A DNA stretch of 32,000 nucleotides from Horticoccus luteus (GCF_019464535.1 NZ_CP080507.1:1890001-1922000), one strand, 5' to 3'; positions 1 to 9,807 are shown, numbered from the stretch's first letter. The notes: generated by a model from the letters alone, not told the origin. Program-made: numbers and translations.

Positions 1-243
1 TTGAGCGGCGTGGTGACGTTCTGGTTTTCGCCGATCCTAAACTTTTTCTCGCGCAAACACGAATACGAGGCCGATGCGTTCGCGCGCGAGGCGGTGGGCG
101 AGGCGGAGAGTATGATCCGCGCGTTACGCAAACTCGCGCAGAAAAACCTGACCAATCTCACGCCGCACCCGTGGTTCAGCGCATTCTTTTACTCGCATCC
201 TACGCTCGTGGAACGCGAGCAGGCGTTGGAGCGGGCCGGCTGA
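1..243 (+). CDS. M48-family (Ste24/HtpX-like) zinc metallopeptidase, C-terminal fragment cut by the window edge
   Basis: The tail contains HEYEADAF (the E-x-x-AD third zinc-ligand region of M48 peptidases) and YSHPTLVER near the C-terminus. The ORF is open to the window start and stops at 241-243. Confidence 0.7.
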   Translation: MSGVVTFWFSPILNFFSRKHEYEADAFAREAVGEAESMIRALRKLAQKNLTNLTPHPWFSAFFYSHPTLVEREQALERAG

Positions 244-261
244 CGATTCAAGGCACGCCCC

Positions 262-1164
262 ATGCCGAAATCGAAAGCAATTCGTTGTTGGTTGACCGGG
301 TTGCTCTTCGCCGTCGTTGCCCGGGCCGAGAGTCTGCGGGTGGCGACGTATAACATCGAAAATTACGGCGTGGCGGATCGCGTTACGCAGGCGGGTTTTC
401 GCCGCGACTATCCCAAGCCGGAATCGGAAAAGGCGGCTCTGCGGGCGGTCGTGGCGAAGCTCAACGCCGATGTGCTGATTTTGCAGGAGGTCGGACCCAA
501 ACCTTACCTCGATGAACTGCAGCGTGATCTGGCCAAGGAGGGGTTGCATTATCCGTTCGCGGCGTTGGTGGAGTCTGCGGACGCGGATCGGCATGTGGCG
601 ATGTTGAGCCGGATTCGACCGACTGCCGTCACACCGCACGTGGACTTGGATTTCAAATATCTGGGCGGTCGAGAGAGAGTGAAGCGGGGCGCGCTTGAAG
701 TGCATTTTCGCATTAGGCAGACGGATCTCGCGATCTGGGGCGTGCACCTGAAAAGCCGATACACCGACCAACCGGAGGATCCTTCGTCAGAGCAGCGACG
801 CACGGGCGAAGCGGTGGCGATCCGGGACGCCATCCTCGCCACGAACCCGGATCCGTCACGGGTGAATTTGCTGGTGGCGGGCGACTTCAACGACTTCAAG
901 GCGAGCCACGCGCTGCGCTTGTTTCAGCGGCGCGGGAAAGCCGCCGTGGCGTCGATATTGCCGGTGGCCGATTCGCGGGGCGAGACGTGGACGCACGCGT
1001 TTCGTCGCGACGACAGCTATTCGCGAGTGGATCACGTGCTGATTTCGGCCGTCTTGGCGAAATTCGTCCGCGGCGGGTCGGGCGTGATTTGTGACGATCC
1101 GGCGACACTGCTGGCCAGCGATCATCGCCCAATCGTCGTGACGCTGGATTTTCCGGACAAATAA
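262..1164 (+). CDS. Secreted endonuclease/exonuclease/phosphatase (EEP) family protein
   Basis: N-terminal signal peptide (LTGLLFAVVARAES). EEP motifs are present: ATYNIENY near the N-terminus, LILQEV, AGDFND, and SDHRPIVV at the C-terminus. Confidence 0.8.
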   Translation: MPKSKAIRCWLTGLLFAVVARAESLRVATYNIENYGVADRVTQAGFRRDYPKPESEKAALRAVVAKLNADVLILQEVGPKPYLDELQRDLAKEGLHYPFAALVESADADRHVAMLSRIRPTAVTPHVDLDFKYLGGRERVKRGALEVHFRIRQTDLAIWGVHLKSRYTDQPEDPSSEQRRTGEAVAIRDAILATNPDPSRVNLLVAGDFNDFKASHALRLFQRRGKAAVASILPVADSRGETWTHAFRRDDSYSRVDHVLISAVLAKFVRGGSGVICDDPATLLASDHRPIVVTLDFPDK

Positions 1165-1188
1165 AAAGGCCGGACGTGAAGTCCGGCC
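1163..1188 (-). terminator. Intrinsic terminator between convergent genes
   Basis: GGCCGGAC(1168-1175)-gtgaa-GTCCGGCC(1181-1188) forms an 8-bp GC stem. On the minus strand it is followed by TTTTT (complement of A5 at 1163-1167), so it best fits termination of the 1218..2141 gene. There is no T-tract on the plus side. Confidence 0.55.
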
Positions 1189-1217
1189 GAAGGAGGCGCA
1201 AGGTTGCTCCTCTGGCG

Positions 1218-2141
1218 TCAGCGCGCCGTGACGCTCACGGGGATCGTGAGTTCACCCCCCGCGTAACCTTTCAGAAAAAGACTGCCGCTGCCGGGCGAGC
1301 CTCCTTGGACGTTGATCGTCACGCTGGTTTGCCCGGCGGGGACGACCACTTCCGGCATGATGACGCTGTCGGGCACGTCGGTCGTGACATCGAGCAGAAG
1401 ACCTCCGGCGGGTGCCGGATTCGGCACGGAAAACGTCAGCGACTGTGTCTCGCCTGAGCGAAGCGACAGCGACGCGGGCGTGACTGTGAGCGACGAAGCA
1501 TCGATGCGAAACGTGCCGACGGGCGAGGTGCCCGCATCGCTGCCGAGCATCACGTGGTAATTGCGCGCGGCGTCGATGGCCGGCACGTAAAAACTCAACG
1601 CGTTGGGCGATTCGTAAACGGTGCGCGCAGGGACGTTGTCGAAATAGATCGTGTCGTTCGGGTTGAAGCCGCGTCCGAGAACGCTGACGCGGGCGCCGAC
1701 GGGGCCGCGGTTGACTTCGAGCGAGAGCACGTAGCGGCGCACGATTTTGGCGTGTTCGAGGGCCGTGTAGGTCTCGGCGGGTTTCGACACATCGGCGTGT
1801 TCGACGGAGTAATTGACGAGAAAGTAGTAAGCGATTTCGTCGCGCCCCGGGGGCAGGTGATACTCGTATTCCCAGAGATTGGCGCCGAGGGCGCTGGCGG
1901 TCATGGCGTGATTCTCGCCATCGATAATGATGTGGGGGGCGACGCTGCCGGGGACGATCGTGCGGATCTTCGGCGTCACGCGCAGCGTGATCGTATAGAT
2001 TTGCGAGGGATTTTCCGCCAGGGAACCGGGCGTGAGATTGGTGAGAACCACGCTGTCGCAACCGCTTAGAAGCATCACGCCGAGCAGGATGCCCAGCCAA
2101 AGGCAGATTTTTCTCGCGAGGGAAATTCGATTGGTGTGCAT
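1218..2141 (-). CDS. Lipoprotein with IPT/TIG-like and Ig-like beta domains (function unknown)
   Basis: Lipobox LLSGC after a hydrophobic signal peptide. The segment RVSVLGRGFNPNDTIYFDNVPARTVYESPNALSFYVPA resembles an IPT/TIG domain. The competing Arg-rich ORF 1252..2100 in another frame looks non-coding. Confidence 0.7.
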   Translation of the reverse strand: MHTNRISLARKICLWLGILLGVMLLSGCDSVVLTNLTPGSLAENPSQIYTITLRVTPKIRTIVPGSVAPHIIIDGENHAMTASALGANLWEYEYHLPPGRDEIAYYFLVNYSVEHADVSKPAETYTALEHAKIVRRYVLSLEVNRGPVGARVSVLGRGFNPNDTIYFDNVPARTVYESPNALSFYVPAIDAARNYHVMLGSDAGTSPVGTFRIDASSLTVTPASLSLRSGETQSLTFSVPNPAPAGGLLLDVTTDVPDSVIMPEVVVPAGQTSVTINVQGGSPGSGSLFLKGYAGGELTIPVSVTAR

Positions 2142-2186
2142 TGCGTAACTTAGATGGAAAACCGGGCCGGTCGAAGGGCGTTAGTA

Positions 2187-3377
2187 ATGAGCGGGCTCGT
2201 GGCAGAGCAAGCCAAAGCTGAGAGCGTGAAAGCGCTAGGACTCTACGTGCACGTGCCGTTTTGCGCGTCGACGTGTGATTTTTGCGCGTTCTACCAAGAA
2301 CAGCCGACCGCGACCACGGTGAAAGGGTTCCTCACGGACATTGGCCGGGAGGCGAAACTTGTCCGGTGGGCGCGTCCCATCGAAACTATTTTTTGGGGCG
2401 GGGGCACGCCAGGTCTGCTGGCACCCGCGGATTTGGCGGTGCTCGGTGAAACCATGAGGGAAATTTGCGGCGGCCCGGTGCGCGAATGGTCGGTGGAATT
2501 GGCGCCGGCGTCGGTGACGGAGGCACGGCTCGCGGCCTTGCGAGCGGCCGGGGTGACGCGGATTTCGCTCGGCGTGCAAAGTTTTCGCCCGGAGTTGCTC
2601 GACGCACTGGGGCGGCAACACACGCGCGAACAGGTGTTTCGCGCTTACGAACGGATTCGGGCAGCGGGATTCGAGTCGGTTAATCTGGACCTGATGTTTG
2701 CGCTGCCTGGACAAGACGAAAGCGCGTGGCTGGAGGATTTGCGCCAAGCGGTGGCGCTGCAGCCTGATCACCTTTCGACCTACTGCCTCACGTTCGAAGA
2801 AGACACGAAGCTCTGGGTCAAGCTCTCGAAGGGAGCCGTGAAACTCGATCCGGTGCGAGAGCGGGAGCTCTATGAGCGCACGTGGGAGTTTCTCGGAACG
2901 GCGGGATTTGCCCAATACGAAGTATCGAACTTCGCGCGGCCCGGGCACGCGTGTCAGCATAACGTCAACACGTGGCACATGCACGAGTGGGTGGGACTGG
3001 GACCGTCCGCCGCGTCGCAACACGACGGGTTGCGAGGCGCCAATATCGCAGATCTCGCGAAGTGGTCGGAGCGGATCGGGCGGGGGGAGCGGGCGACGGA
3101 AGACCGCGTGTCGTTGACGCCGGAACTGCTCGCGGAAGATGCGTTAATTTTCGGGCTGCGCATGAACGCCGGCGTGGACACAGGCCCGTGGCGCGCACGG
3201 GCACCGGCAGCGAATTGGGGCGAAGTGGATGCGCTGCTGGCGCGGATGGACGCGGAAGGTCTGGCCATCCGCTCGGAGACGCGGGTGCGACTGACCGATC
3301 GTGGCCGCCTGGTCGCGGATGCGGTGGGCGTGGAAGTGATGAACGCGTTTGCCTCGCATGCGGTGGGTGCTTCATGA
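2187..3377 (+). CDS. hemW: Radical-SAM heme chaperone HemW (HemN-like, oxygen-independent coproporphyrinogen oxidase family)
   Basis: YVHVPFCASTCDFCAFY carries the CxxxCxxC radical-SAM cluster motif. FWGGGTP and RISLGVQSF are also present, and length matches the family. An alternative upstream ATG at 2154 would leave only 12 nt to the divergent gene. Confidence 0.85.
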   Translation: MSGLVAEQAKAESVKALGLYVHVPFCASTCDFCAFYQEQPTATTVKGFLTDIGREAKLVRWARPIETIFWGGGTPGLLAPADLAVLGETMREICGGPVREWSVELAPASVTEARLAALRAAGVTRISLGVQSFRPELLDALGRQHTREQVFRAYERIRAAGFESVNLDLMFALPGQDESAWLEDLRQAVALQPDHLSTYCLTFEEDTKLWVKLSKGAVKLDPVRERELYERTWEFLGTAGFAQYEVSNFARPGHACQHNVNTWHMHEWVGLGPSAASQHDGLRGANIADLAKWSERIGRGERATEDRVSLTPELLAEDALIFGLRMNAGVDTGPWRARAPAANWGEVDALLARMDAEGLAIRSETRVRLTDRGRLVADAVGVEVMNAFASHAVGAS

Positions 3378-3390
3378 AACCCCCGCCGTG

Positions 3391-3891
3391 ATGATTATTT
3401 TTCCCGGGAAGCTTTTAACTTTATGCGGTGTGCTCGCCGGGCTGCTGGCGTTGAGCGGTTGTGCGTCGACGCCCAAGCCCACCGCGTCGGCCGTCGCCGC
3501 ACGCTTCTACGTCGAGTTGCCCAGCGCGAACGCGACCCTCGCGACGCTGCCGCAAAGCGGGGTGCAAATTCCGATCGGGCCGCGGCCGGTCTTCTCTGAG
3601 TTCGACGTTACGAGTGCGCAGGTCGCGCAACTTGAGCTCGGTCGTTGCCTGCTGTTTCAACTTTCCCCGGCGGCCGCGCGCGATCTTTACCGACTTTCGG
3701 TGGCGCATCACGGGCTGCGGCTCGTGCTCTTTCTCAACGGCGCGCCTTTCGGGGCCCGTCGCCTTGATTCTGCGATCGACGATGGCATGATCGCCATCTT
3801 CGTCGAGCAACCTGAGTCCGCCCTGCCAGCGCTCGCCGCTGGCGTGCAAGAAACGTGCGCTGAGGTGGCCCGCGCGCGCCGCAAGAGTTGA
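3391..3891 (+). CDS. Hypothetical lipoprotein
   Basis: Starts MIIFPGKLLTLCGVLAGLLALSGCAS (lipobox LSGC). The gene begins 14 nt after the hemW stop, and its stop (3889-3891) abuts or overlaps the next gene. I cannot name a family with confidence. Confidence 0.6.
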   Translation: MIIFPGKLLTLCGVLAGLLALSGCASTPKPTASAVAARFYVELPSANATLATLPQSGVQIPIGPRPVFSEFDVTSAQVAQLELGRCLLFQLSPAAARDLYRLSVAHHGLRLVLFLNGAPFGARRLDSAIDDGMIAIFVEQPESALPALAAGVQETCAEVARARRKS

Positions 3892-3896
3892 GTGTC

Positions 3897-4919
3897 ATGC
3901 GGGCGTGGCGTGTGCTGGTGGCGGTCGCGTTCATCGCGTCCGTGTCGACGGCGGCGACGAGTGATTTTACGTTTACCTGGCCGACGCCGAATCCGGCGTT
4001 CATGGCAGGCAAGGGCATCGATGCGTTTCTCCAGCAGGCAGGGTCAGGTGACCCGGCGTCGGGCGGCTACGGTGGCGTGCGCAGCGGCGGGAAGCAGTTC
4101 CACGAGGGCCTCGATCTCAAGCCGGTGAAACGCGATCGAAGGGGCGAGCCGACGGACGAAGTATTCGCCGCGATCAACGGCATCGTGCGGTATGTCAATT
4201 CGGTCGCGGGCAACAGCAGTTACGGGCGCTACATCGTGTTGGAGCATCCCGGTGTGACGCCGGCGATTTATACGTTGTATGCGCATTTGAACCGGATCGC
4301 GCCGGGCGTGCGGGCCGGAGTGGAAGTGCGCGCCGGTGAAGTGCTGGGCGTGATGGGGCACACTGCCGGTGGCTACACCATCCCGCGCGACCGAGCGCAT
4401 CTGCATTTCGAAATGGGCGTCATGGTGACGCAGTCGTTTCAACGTTGGTATGACCAGCAAAAGTTCGGCAGCCGCAATGATCATGGCCTGTGGAACGGCA
4501 TGAACCTGATGGGATTCGATCCGCAGGAATTTCTCACGCTCTGGCGGGGGCACCGGGTGAAAAACGTGCAGGAGTATCTCGAAAAATTACCGGCGGTCGT
4601 GCGGGTAAAAATCGCCACCAAACACGTGCCGGATTTCGTGCGCCGCTATCCGTCGTTGCTGCGGGCGCCGTTGCCTCCCGGGGGAGTGGCCGGGTGGGAG
4701 ATCGAATTCGACCGCAGTGGCATTCCGTTTGCCTGGACCCCGCTCAACTGGAGCGGCGTCGTGGGCCTTGCGGCGGAGCGTCCGCAAATCATATCGGTCG
4801 ACGTTGCCCGGATGCGCGCGTTTGCGTGCAAAAATCTGGCGGTCAGTCGCCGCGGCGGTCAATGGGCGCCGGGCCGCGATTTGCACACGGTGCTCGCGCA
4901 GTTGTTCGGTTTGAAATGA
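3897..4919 (+). CDS. M23 family metallopeptidase (LytM/lysostaphin-type) with an extra C-terminal domain
   Basis: Signal peptide MRAWRVLVAVAFIASVSTAA. M23 zinc motifs are HEGLDL (HxxxD), YAHL and HLHFEM (HxH). About 150 further residues have no assigned family. A TTG at 3888 is an alternative start that overlaps the upstream stop. Confidence 0.85.
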   Translation: MRAWRVLVAVAFIASVSTAATSDFTFTWPTPNPAFMAGKGIDAFLQQAGSGDPASGGYGGVRSGGKQFHEGLDLKPVKRDRRGEPTDEVFAAINGIVRYVNSVAGNSSYGRYIVLEHPGVTPAIYTLYAHLNRIAPGVRAGVEVRAGEVLGVMGHTAGGYTIPRDRAHLHFEMGVMVTQSFQRWYDQQKFGSRNDHGLWNGMNLMGFDPQEFLTLWRGHRVKNVQEYLEKLPAVVRVKIATKHVPDFVRRYPSLLRAPLPPGGVAGWEIEFDRSGIPFAWTPLNWSGVVGLAAERPQIISVDVARMRAFACKNLAVSRRGGQWAPGRDLHTVLAQLFGLK

Positions 4920-4925
4920 TCGCCT

Positions 4926-5558
4926 CTAGGCGGAGGGGGAGGCGGGCGCCAAGTGCCCGTCGTCGACCGCCTTTTGCACCATCGCGACGACGTATTCCCA
5001 AACGGCGTGCGCACCTTCGGCGACGTGCGCGTTGCGCGCCAGCACGCGGTCTTGGGTGACGCCGTGGCGGCGCCAGGAAGCGCCTTCGGTGTGGCAGTTG
5101 AGCAGCATGGGCTGAAAGCGGTCGATGGCGGCGGCGAACCGGGCTTCAGGCGTGGCGCGGGCTTCGAATTCATCCCACAGCGCGCGAAATTCGCCCGCTT
5201 GGTCGGCGGGCAGCAGGCCGAAGATGCGATCGGCGGCGAGCACCTCACGATCATGTTGTCCGGCGACGCGGGCGACATCGTAGGCGAACGTATCGCCGGC
5301 GTCGATTTCCACGAGGTCGTGAAGAATGAGCATCTTCAAAACGCGCAGCACGTCGAGGTGGGGGGCGTTGGCGTGTTCGGCAAGGACGATAACGGCGAGA
5401 CAGAGATGCCAGGAATGTTCGGCGTCGTTTTCCTGGCGGCGGCTCTGGGTGTTCAGCGTTTGCCGGAAGACTTCCTTCAACTTGTCGACTTCAAGGATGA
5501 AGCTGACCTGACGGTGCAGACGTGCGAGCGACATGCGGCGCAGCAGAACTGCGGCCAT
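4926..5558 (-). CDS. HD-domain phosphohydrolase (YfbR-like 5'-deoxynucleotidase family)
   Basis: AEHSWHL provides the His, and LHDLVEIDAGD provides the HD and D residues of the HD superfamily. Size is about 200 aa. The start may be the internal Met at 5534. Either start overlaps the 3' tail of the upstream gene. Confidence 0.8.
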   Translation of the reverse strand: MAAVLLRRMSLARLHRQVSFILEVDKLKEVFRQTLNTQSRRQENDAEHSWHLCLAVIVLAEHANAPHLDVLRVLKMLILHDLVEIDAGDTFAYDVARVAGQHDREVLAADRIFGLLPADQAGEFRALWDEFEARATPEARFAAAIDRFQPMLLNCHTEGASWRRHGVTQDRVLARNAHVAEGAHAVWEYVVAMVQKAVDDGHLAPASPSA

Positions 5559-6672
5559 CGCGGGAGGCGAGGCTAACCGGGTGTGTTTTTCGGGTGCGGT
5601 GCCGCTTGATCCACTGCGCGTGAATCGCGGCGGTGCCGAAGAGGCAGCCTAACATGAGTGCGGTGGCGACCCATTGGCCGACGGGAGTGAAGAAGAAGTT
5701 GGAGAACGCGAGGATCGTCATCGCCAGAACCGATTGCAGCGCGAACACGGGCAGGGCATGTTGACCGACGAACGCGAATGGCGCCCACGTAAACCACCGC
5801 GGAAAGCGCGCAGCACAGGCGGCGATGAGATAGGCAATGAGGGCGAAGTTTGCGAGCCGCAGCGGCGCGAGTTTGGTCTTGTTGACGAGAAAATCGACGC
5901 TTTCGGGCCAGACATCCGCCAGCGCGCCGCGATGCAGATACCAAAAGCCGATGGCGGCCAGGAAAGCGGCGGCAATCCAGCCGCTGCGCAGAGGGAAGCG
6001 CAAGCGGCCGGCGGCTTTCTCGGCGCCGAAAACTGCGCCAGCAACAAAAAGGAACTGCCAGGCGAAGAGGTTGAACGAGCCGGTGTTTAACGGGCCGATC
6101 ACCACCGGCGCTCCGGGCAAAAACTGCTGGGTGAGCAACCAGACGGCACCGCTGCCGAGCACGATCTCACGGGCGCGTCCCGCGGCGCTCGCGCGCAGGA
6201 TCCACGGCAAAAAGAGCATGAAGCCGCAATACATCGGCAGGATGTCGAGCAGGCCGGGTTGATAGAGCAGCAGGGAGCCGGTGACGATCGCCATCCACGG
6301 GTTGAAGGCGAACAACGCGGGCAGCAGGGGCGGGGCTTCCTGCGTGGCCAGCACGACGACGGTCATCAACGCCAGCGACGTGAAGAACGTGGCCATGTGC
6401 CAAACGTAGATTTGGCCGGCGCGATGTTGGGCGCCGGAAGCGAGCAGAGCATCGCCGCCGCGTTCGCGTTTCCGCGAGTAAACCCAGCCGGCGATGAAGC
6501 CGGAAAGAAAGACGAAGCCCTCGGCGGAACTGACGAAGCCGTGCGGTTGATCCGAGACGAGCCGCAAGGGAGTTTCGATGTGATTCATCGCCATGCATAC
6601 AATGAGCAGGCCGCGCAACGAATCGAAGCGCAGGTCGCGGGCGACCGTCGGAGCGGGAAGAGCGGAACCCAT
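5491..6672 (-). CDS. OpgC-like / acyltransferase-3 family integral membrane protein
   Basis: The N-terminal RDLRFDSLRGLLIVCMAMNHI is typical of the OpgC/acyltransferase-3 N-terminus. About 10 hydrophobic segments follow, and length is about 390 aa. Confidence 0.65.
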   Translation of the reverse strand: MGSALPAPTVARDLRFDSLRGLLIVCMAMNHIETPLRLVSDQPHGFVSSAEGFVFLSGFIAGWVYSRKRERGGDALLASGAQHRAGQIYVWHMATFFTSLALMTVVVLATQEAPPLLPALFAFNPWMAIVTGSLLLYQPGLLDILPMYCGFMLFLPWILRASAAGRAREIVLGSGAVWLLTQQFLPGAPVVIGPLNTGSFNLFAWQFLFVAGAVFGAEKAAGRLRFPLRSGWIAAAFLAAIGFWYLHRGALADVWPESVDFLVNKTKLAPLRLANFALIAYLIAACAARFPRWFTWAPFAFVGQHALPVFALQSVLAMTILAFSNFFFTPVGQWVATALMLGCLFGTAAIHAQWIKRHRTRKTHPVSLASRDGRSSAAPHVARTSAPSGQLHP

Positions 6673-6720
6673 CGCGAGAGTAGAAGCGTGACAGGGCGCG
6701 TGGTTCCGCCGGGAGGCCTC

Positions 6721-9700
6721 TCAACCGCGATGCGGTTCCAGCGCGGGAATCGCTTTGCGCGGATGTTTCAGCCAGTGCGTGAGCCGTTCCATGTAGATGT
6801 AAAAGACAGGCGTGATGTAGAGCGTGAGGAGTTGCGACACGACGAGGCCGCCGACCACCGCGAGTCCCAGCGAACGGCGGGATTCGGCTCCGGCGCCCCA
6901 ACCCAAAGCGATGGGCAACGTGCCGGCGATGGCGGCCAGGGTGGTCATCATGATCGGGCGAAAACGGACGATGCACGCTTCGGAGATGGCGTCTTCCGCG
7001 GTGCGGTGAGGATCGCGGCGGGCTTCCAACGCGAAGTCGACCATCATGATGGCGTTCTTTTTGACGATGCCGATCAGCATGATGAGTCCGACGTAGCCGT
7101 AGATGTTGAGCTCCTGGCGAAACGCGATCAGGGTGACGAGCGCGCCAAAACTCGCCGCCGGCAGGCCGGACAAAATCGTGATCGGATGAATGAAATCTTC
7201 GTAGAGGATGCCGAGCACGATGTAGATCACCAGAATGGCCGCGAGCAGCAGCAGGCCGAGGCCTTGCAGAGAGCTCGTGAAGGCAGCGGCAGTGCCTTGA
7301 AACGCGGAATTGATCGTGGCCGGCAACGACGTGTGCGCGAGATTTTCAATGGCGGTGGTGACGGCGCTCAGCGATTCGCCCGGCACCAGATCGAAAGTAA
7401 TCGTCACGGATGGAAGTTGTCCGAGGTGCGTGACGGCGAGAGGACCGACGGACGGCCGGAAATGCGCGACCGCTTCGAGCGGCACCAACTTGCCGTCGGT
7501 GTTGCGCAGGAAGAGCGATGAAAGGGCGTTGGGGTCCTGCTGGAACTTCGGGTCGAGCTCCATGATGACGTAAAACTGGTCCGTCGGCGTGTAGATGGTG
7601 GAGACCTGCCGCGAGCCGAATGCGCTGTAAACGCTGTCTTCGATTTGTTGCGCGGTGAGGCCGAGCACCGAGGCTTTGTCGCGATCGATATCGATCACGA
7701 CTTGCGGGCTGGCGATCAGGAGGTCGGACGTTACGTCGGTCACACCGGGGATATGGCGCACCTTTTCGAGAAACGCCGGGGCCACGCGATAGAGCTCTTT
7801 GAGGTCGGTGCCGTAGAGCGTGTATTGGTAAAGCGAGGAGGAACGCCGGCCACCGATGCGAATCGTGGGCGGCACTTGAAAGAACGCGCGCACGCCCGGC
7901 ACGCCGGCCACGGCACGCCGCAACTGCTGCACGACCACATCGGCCGCGGGCCGGTGTCGGCGATCAACCAAGTGCAGATTGAAACGAGCGGAGTTTCCGC
8001 TGCTCACGAAGGCCGAGAACGCCTCCACATTGGGGTTGCGCGCGATAATTGCGGCAACCGTCCGCTGATATTCCACGACTGCTTCGAACGAAGTGTCTTC
8101 CGAGACTTCGATCGTGCCAGAAATGCGGCCGGTGTCGTCCGTGGGGATGAAGCCTTTTGGAATCATCACGATCAGGACTACCGTAAGAACGATGAGGGCG
8201 CCGGCGACGAGCATGGTGACCACGCGGTGACGCAGACAAATTTTCAGCGTGCGTGCGTAAAGGCCCAAGCCGCCCTGGAAAATTCGTTCGGTCGTCTGGT
8301 AAAACCGGCCGTGCTGTTGCTGCGGTTTAAAAGCCTTCAGAAAACGGCTGCAGAGCATCGGTGTCAGCGTCAGTGAGACGAAGCCGGAGACAAGAATCGC
8401 CACGCTGATCGTCACGGCAAATTCGTGAAGCAGACGCCCGAGCACGCCACTCATGAAGAGCACGGGGATAAAGACCGCCACGAGAGAAACGGTCATCGAA
8501 ATGATGGTGAACCCGATCTCGCGAGAGCCGCGCAGGGCCGCTTCGCGCACCGGTTCACCGTGCTCGATGTGGCGGATGATGTTTTCAAGCATCACGATCG
8601 CATCATCCACGACGAACCCCACGGAGAGCGTCAGCGCGAGCAGCGACAGGTTGTCCAAGCTGAAACCGCAAAAATACATGACGCCGAACGTGCCCAGAAT
8701 CGCGATCGGCATGGCGATGCTCGGGATCAGCGTCGCGGAGAGGGAGCGGAGGAAAAGGAAGATCACCAGCACCACGAGGGCGATGGCGAGGATCAGGGTG
8801 AACCGGACATCGGCAACGGACTCGCGGATGGCGGTGGAGCGGTCGATGAGGACGTCGAGTTTCACCGACGCAGGGAGCAGGGCCTCGAACTCGGGGAGGA
8901 TCGCTTTCACGCGGTCCACCACATCGATCGTGTTGGTGCCCGGCTGGCGCTGGACCCCGAGTATGACGGACCGCTTTTGATTAAACCATCCAGCGACCCG
9001 GTCGTTTTGCACGCTGTCCACGACGGTGCCGACATCTTCGAGACGCACCGGCGCGCCGTTGCGGTAGGTGACGATAAGCGGGCGAAAGGCCGCCGCATCC
9101 TGTAGTTGGCCGTTGGATTGCAGGGTGACTGCTTGCTTGCGCCCGTCGATCGTGCCGGTCGGCAGATTGACGTTGCCCGCGGAGAGGGCGGTGCGCACCT
9201 CGTTGATGCCGATGCCGCGCGAGGCGAGGGCGTAGGGATCGAGGCGCACGCGCACGGCGTATTTTTGCGAACCGTAAACCTGCACCTGCGCGACGCCGGT
9301 GATCGTGGAGATGCGCTGCCCGAGCAGCGTTTCGCCATATTCACTCACTTCGGAAAGAGGCAGCGTGTCCGAGCTGAGGGAAATGAGCAGGACGGCGTCG
9401 TCGGCCGGGTTGACTTTGCGAAATGACGGTGGTGCCGGCATGTCCTGCGGCAGCCGCCGCTGCACGGCGGAGATGGCCGACTGGACGTCCTGGGCGGCGG
9501 CATCGATTGAACGATCGAGGCTGAATTGCAGCGTGATCTGGGTGCTCCCCAGCGAGCTGGACGAGCTCATCGAGTCGATGCCCGCAATCGTGGCGAATTG
9601 CTGCTCGAGTGGCGTGGCGACCGAGGACGCCATCGTTTCCGGACTCGCGCCGGGAAGGCTGGCTGAAACGGTGATCGTGGGAAAGTCGACGTTGGGGAGG

Positions 9701-9807
9701 TCGCTGACCGGCAGAATCCGATACGCGAGAAAACCGAAAATCGTGATCGCGGCGGTCACAAGGGTCGTCATGACCGGCCGCCGAATGAAAAACTCGGGCA
9801 CGCTCAT
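6721..9807 (-). CDS. RND efflux transporter permease (AcrB/MdtB/HAE1-like)
   Basis: Starts MSVPEFFIRRPVMTTLV. At 1028 aa it has the typical 12-TM layout with two large periplasmic loops, plus VVDDAIVMLENI and a second-half repeat. The start ATG at 9807 overlaps the adaptor gene stop (ATGA). The 110-aa Arg-rich extension in the ORF track (to 10137) overlaps the adaptor gene and is rejected. Confidence 0.95.
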   Translation of the reverse strand: MSVPEFFIRRPVMTTLVTAAITIFGFLAYRILPVSDLPNVDFPTITVSASLPGASPETMASSVATPLEQQFATIAGIDSMSSSSSLGSTQITLQFSLDRSIDAAAQDVQSAISAVQRRLPQDMPAPPSFRKVNPADDAVLLISLSSDTLPLSEVSEYGETLLGQRISTITGVAQVQVYGSQKYAVRVRLDPYALASRGIGINEVRTALSAGNVNLPTGTIDGRKQAVTLQSNGQLQDAAAFRPLIVTYRNGAPVRLEDVGTVVDSVQNDRVAGWFNQKRSVILGVQRQPGTNTIDVVDRVKAILPEFEALLPASVKLDVLIDRSTAIRESVADVRFTLILAIALVVLVIFLFLRSLSATLIPSIAMPIAILGTFGVMYFCGFSLDNLSLLALTLSVGFVVDDAIVMLENIIRHIEHGEPVREAALRGSREIGFTIISMTVSLVAVFIPVLFMSGVLGRLLHEFAVTISVAILVSGFVSLTLTPMLCSRFLKAFKPQQQHGRFYQTTERIFQGGLGLYARTLKICLRHRVVTMLVAGALIVLTVVLIVMIPKGFIPTDDTGRISGTIEVSEDTSFEAVVEYQRTVAAIIARNPNVEAFSAFVSSGNSARFNLHLVDRRHRPAADVVVQQLRRAVAGVPGVRAFFQVPPTIRIGGRRSSSLYQYTLYGTDLKELYRVAPAFLEKVRHIPGVTDVTSDLLIASPQVVIDIDRDKASVLGLTAQQIEDSVYSAFGSRQVSTIYTPTDQFYVIMELDPKFQQDPNALSSLFLRNTDGKLVPLEAVAHFRPSVGPLAVTHLGQLPSVTITFDLVPGESLSAVTTAIENLAHTSLPATINSAFQGTAAAFTSSLQGLGLLLLAAILVIYIVLGILYEDFIHPITILSGLPAASFGALVTLIAFRQELNIYGYVGLIMLIGIVKKNAIMMVDFALEARRDPHRTAEDAISEACIVRFRPIMMTTLAAIAGTLPIALGWGAGAESRRSLGLAVVGGLVVSQLLTLYITPVFYIYMERLTHWLKHPRKAIPALEPHRG

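Noticed and set aside
5491-5558. A 44-68 nt same-strand overlap between the OpgC-like gene's 3' tail and the HD-domain gene's start, as a possible frameshift or fusion.
   Set aside because: The two genes are in different frames. Each has a complete, family-typical domain complement. The overlap is explained by a non-conserved C-terminal tail and an uncertain HD start codon.
6259-7521. Long antisense ORFs opposite well-supported genes. Examples: 6259..7521, 9882..10937, 11943..12839, 14551..15744, 17186..18670, 20817..21869, 22567..23658, 25280..26404, 27114..28520, 28210..29553 and 30140..31093.
   Set aside because: Each lies fully opposite a gene with strong family motifs. Their translations are Arg/Gly/Ala/Asp/His-rich, low-complexity and motif-free. 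Stop-poor antisense frames are expected in GC-rich DNA, so they are treated as shadow ORFs.
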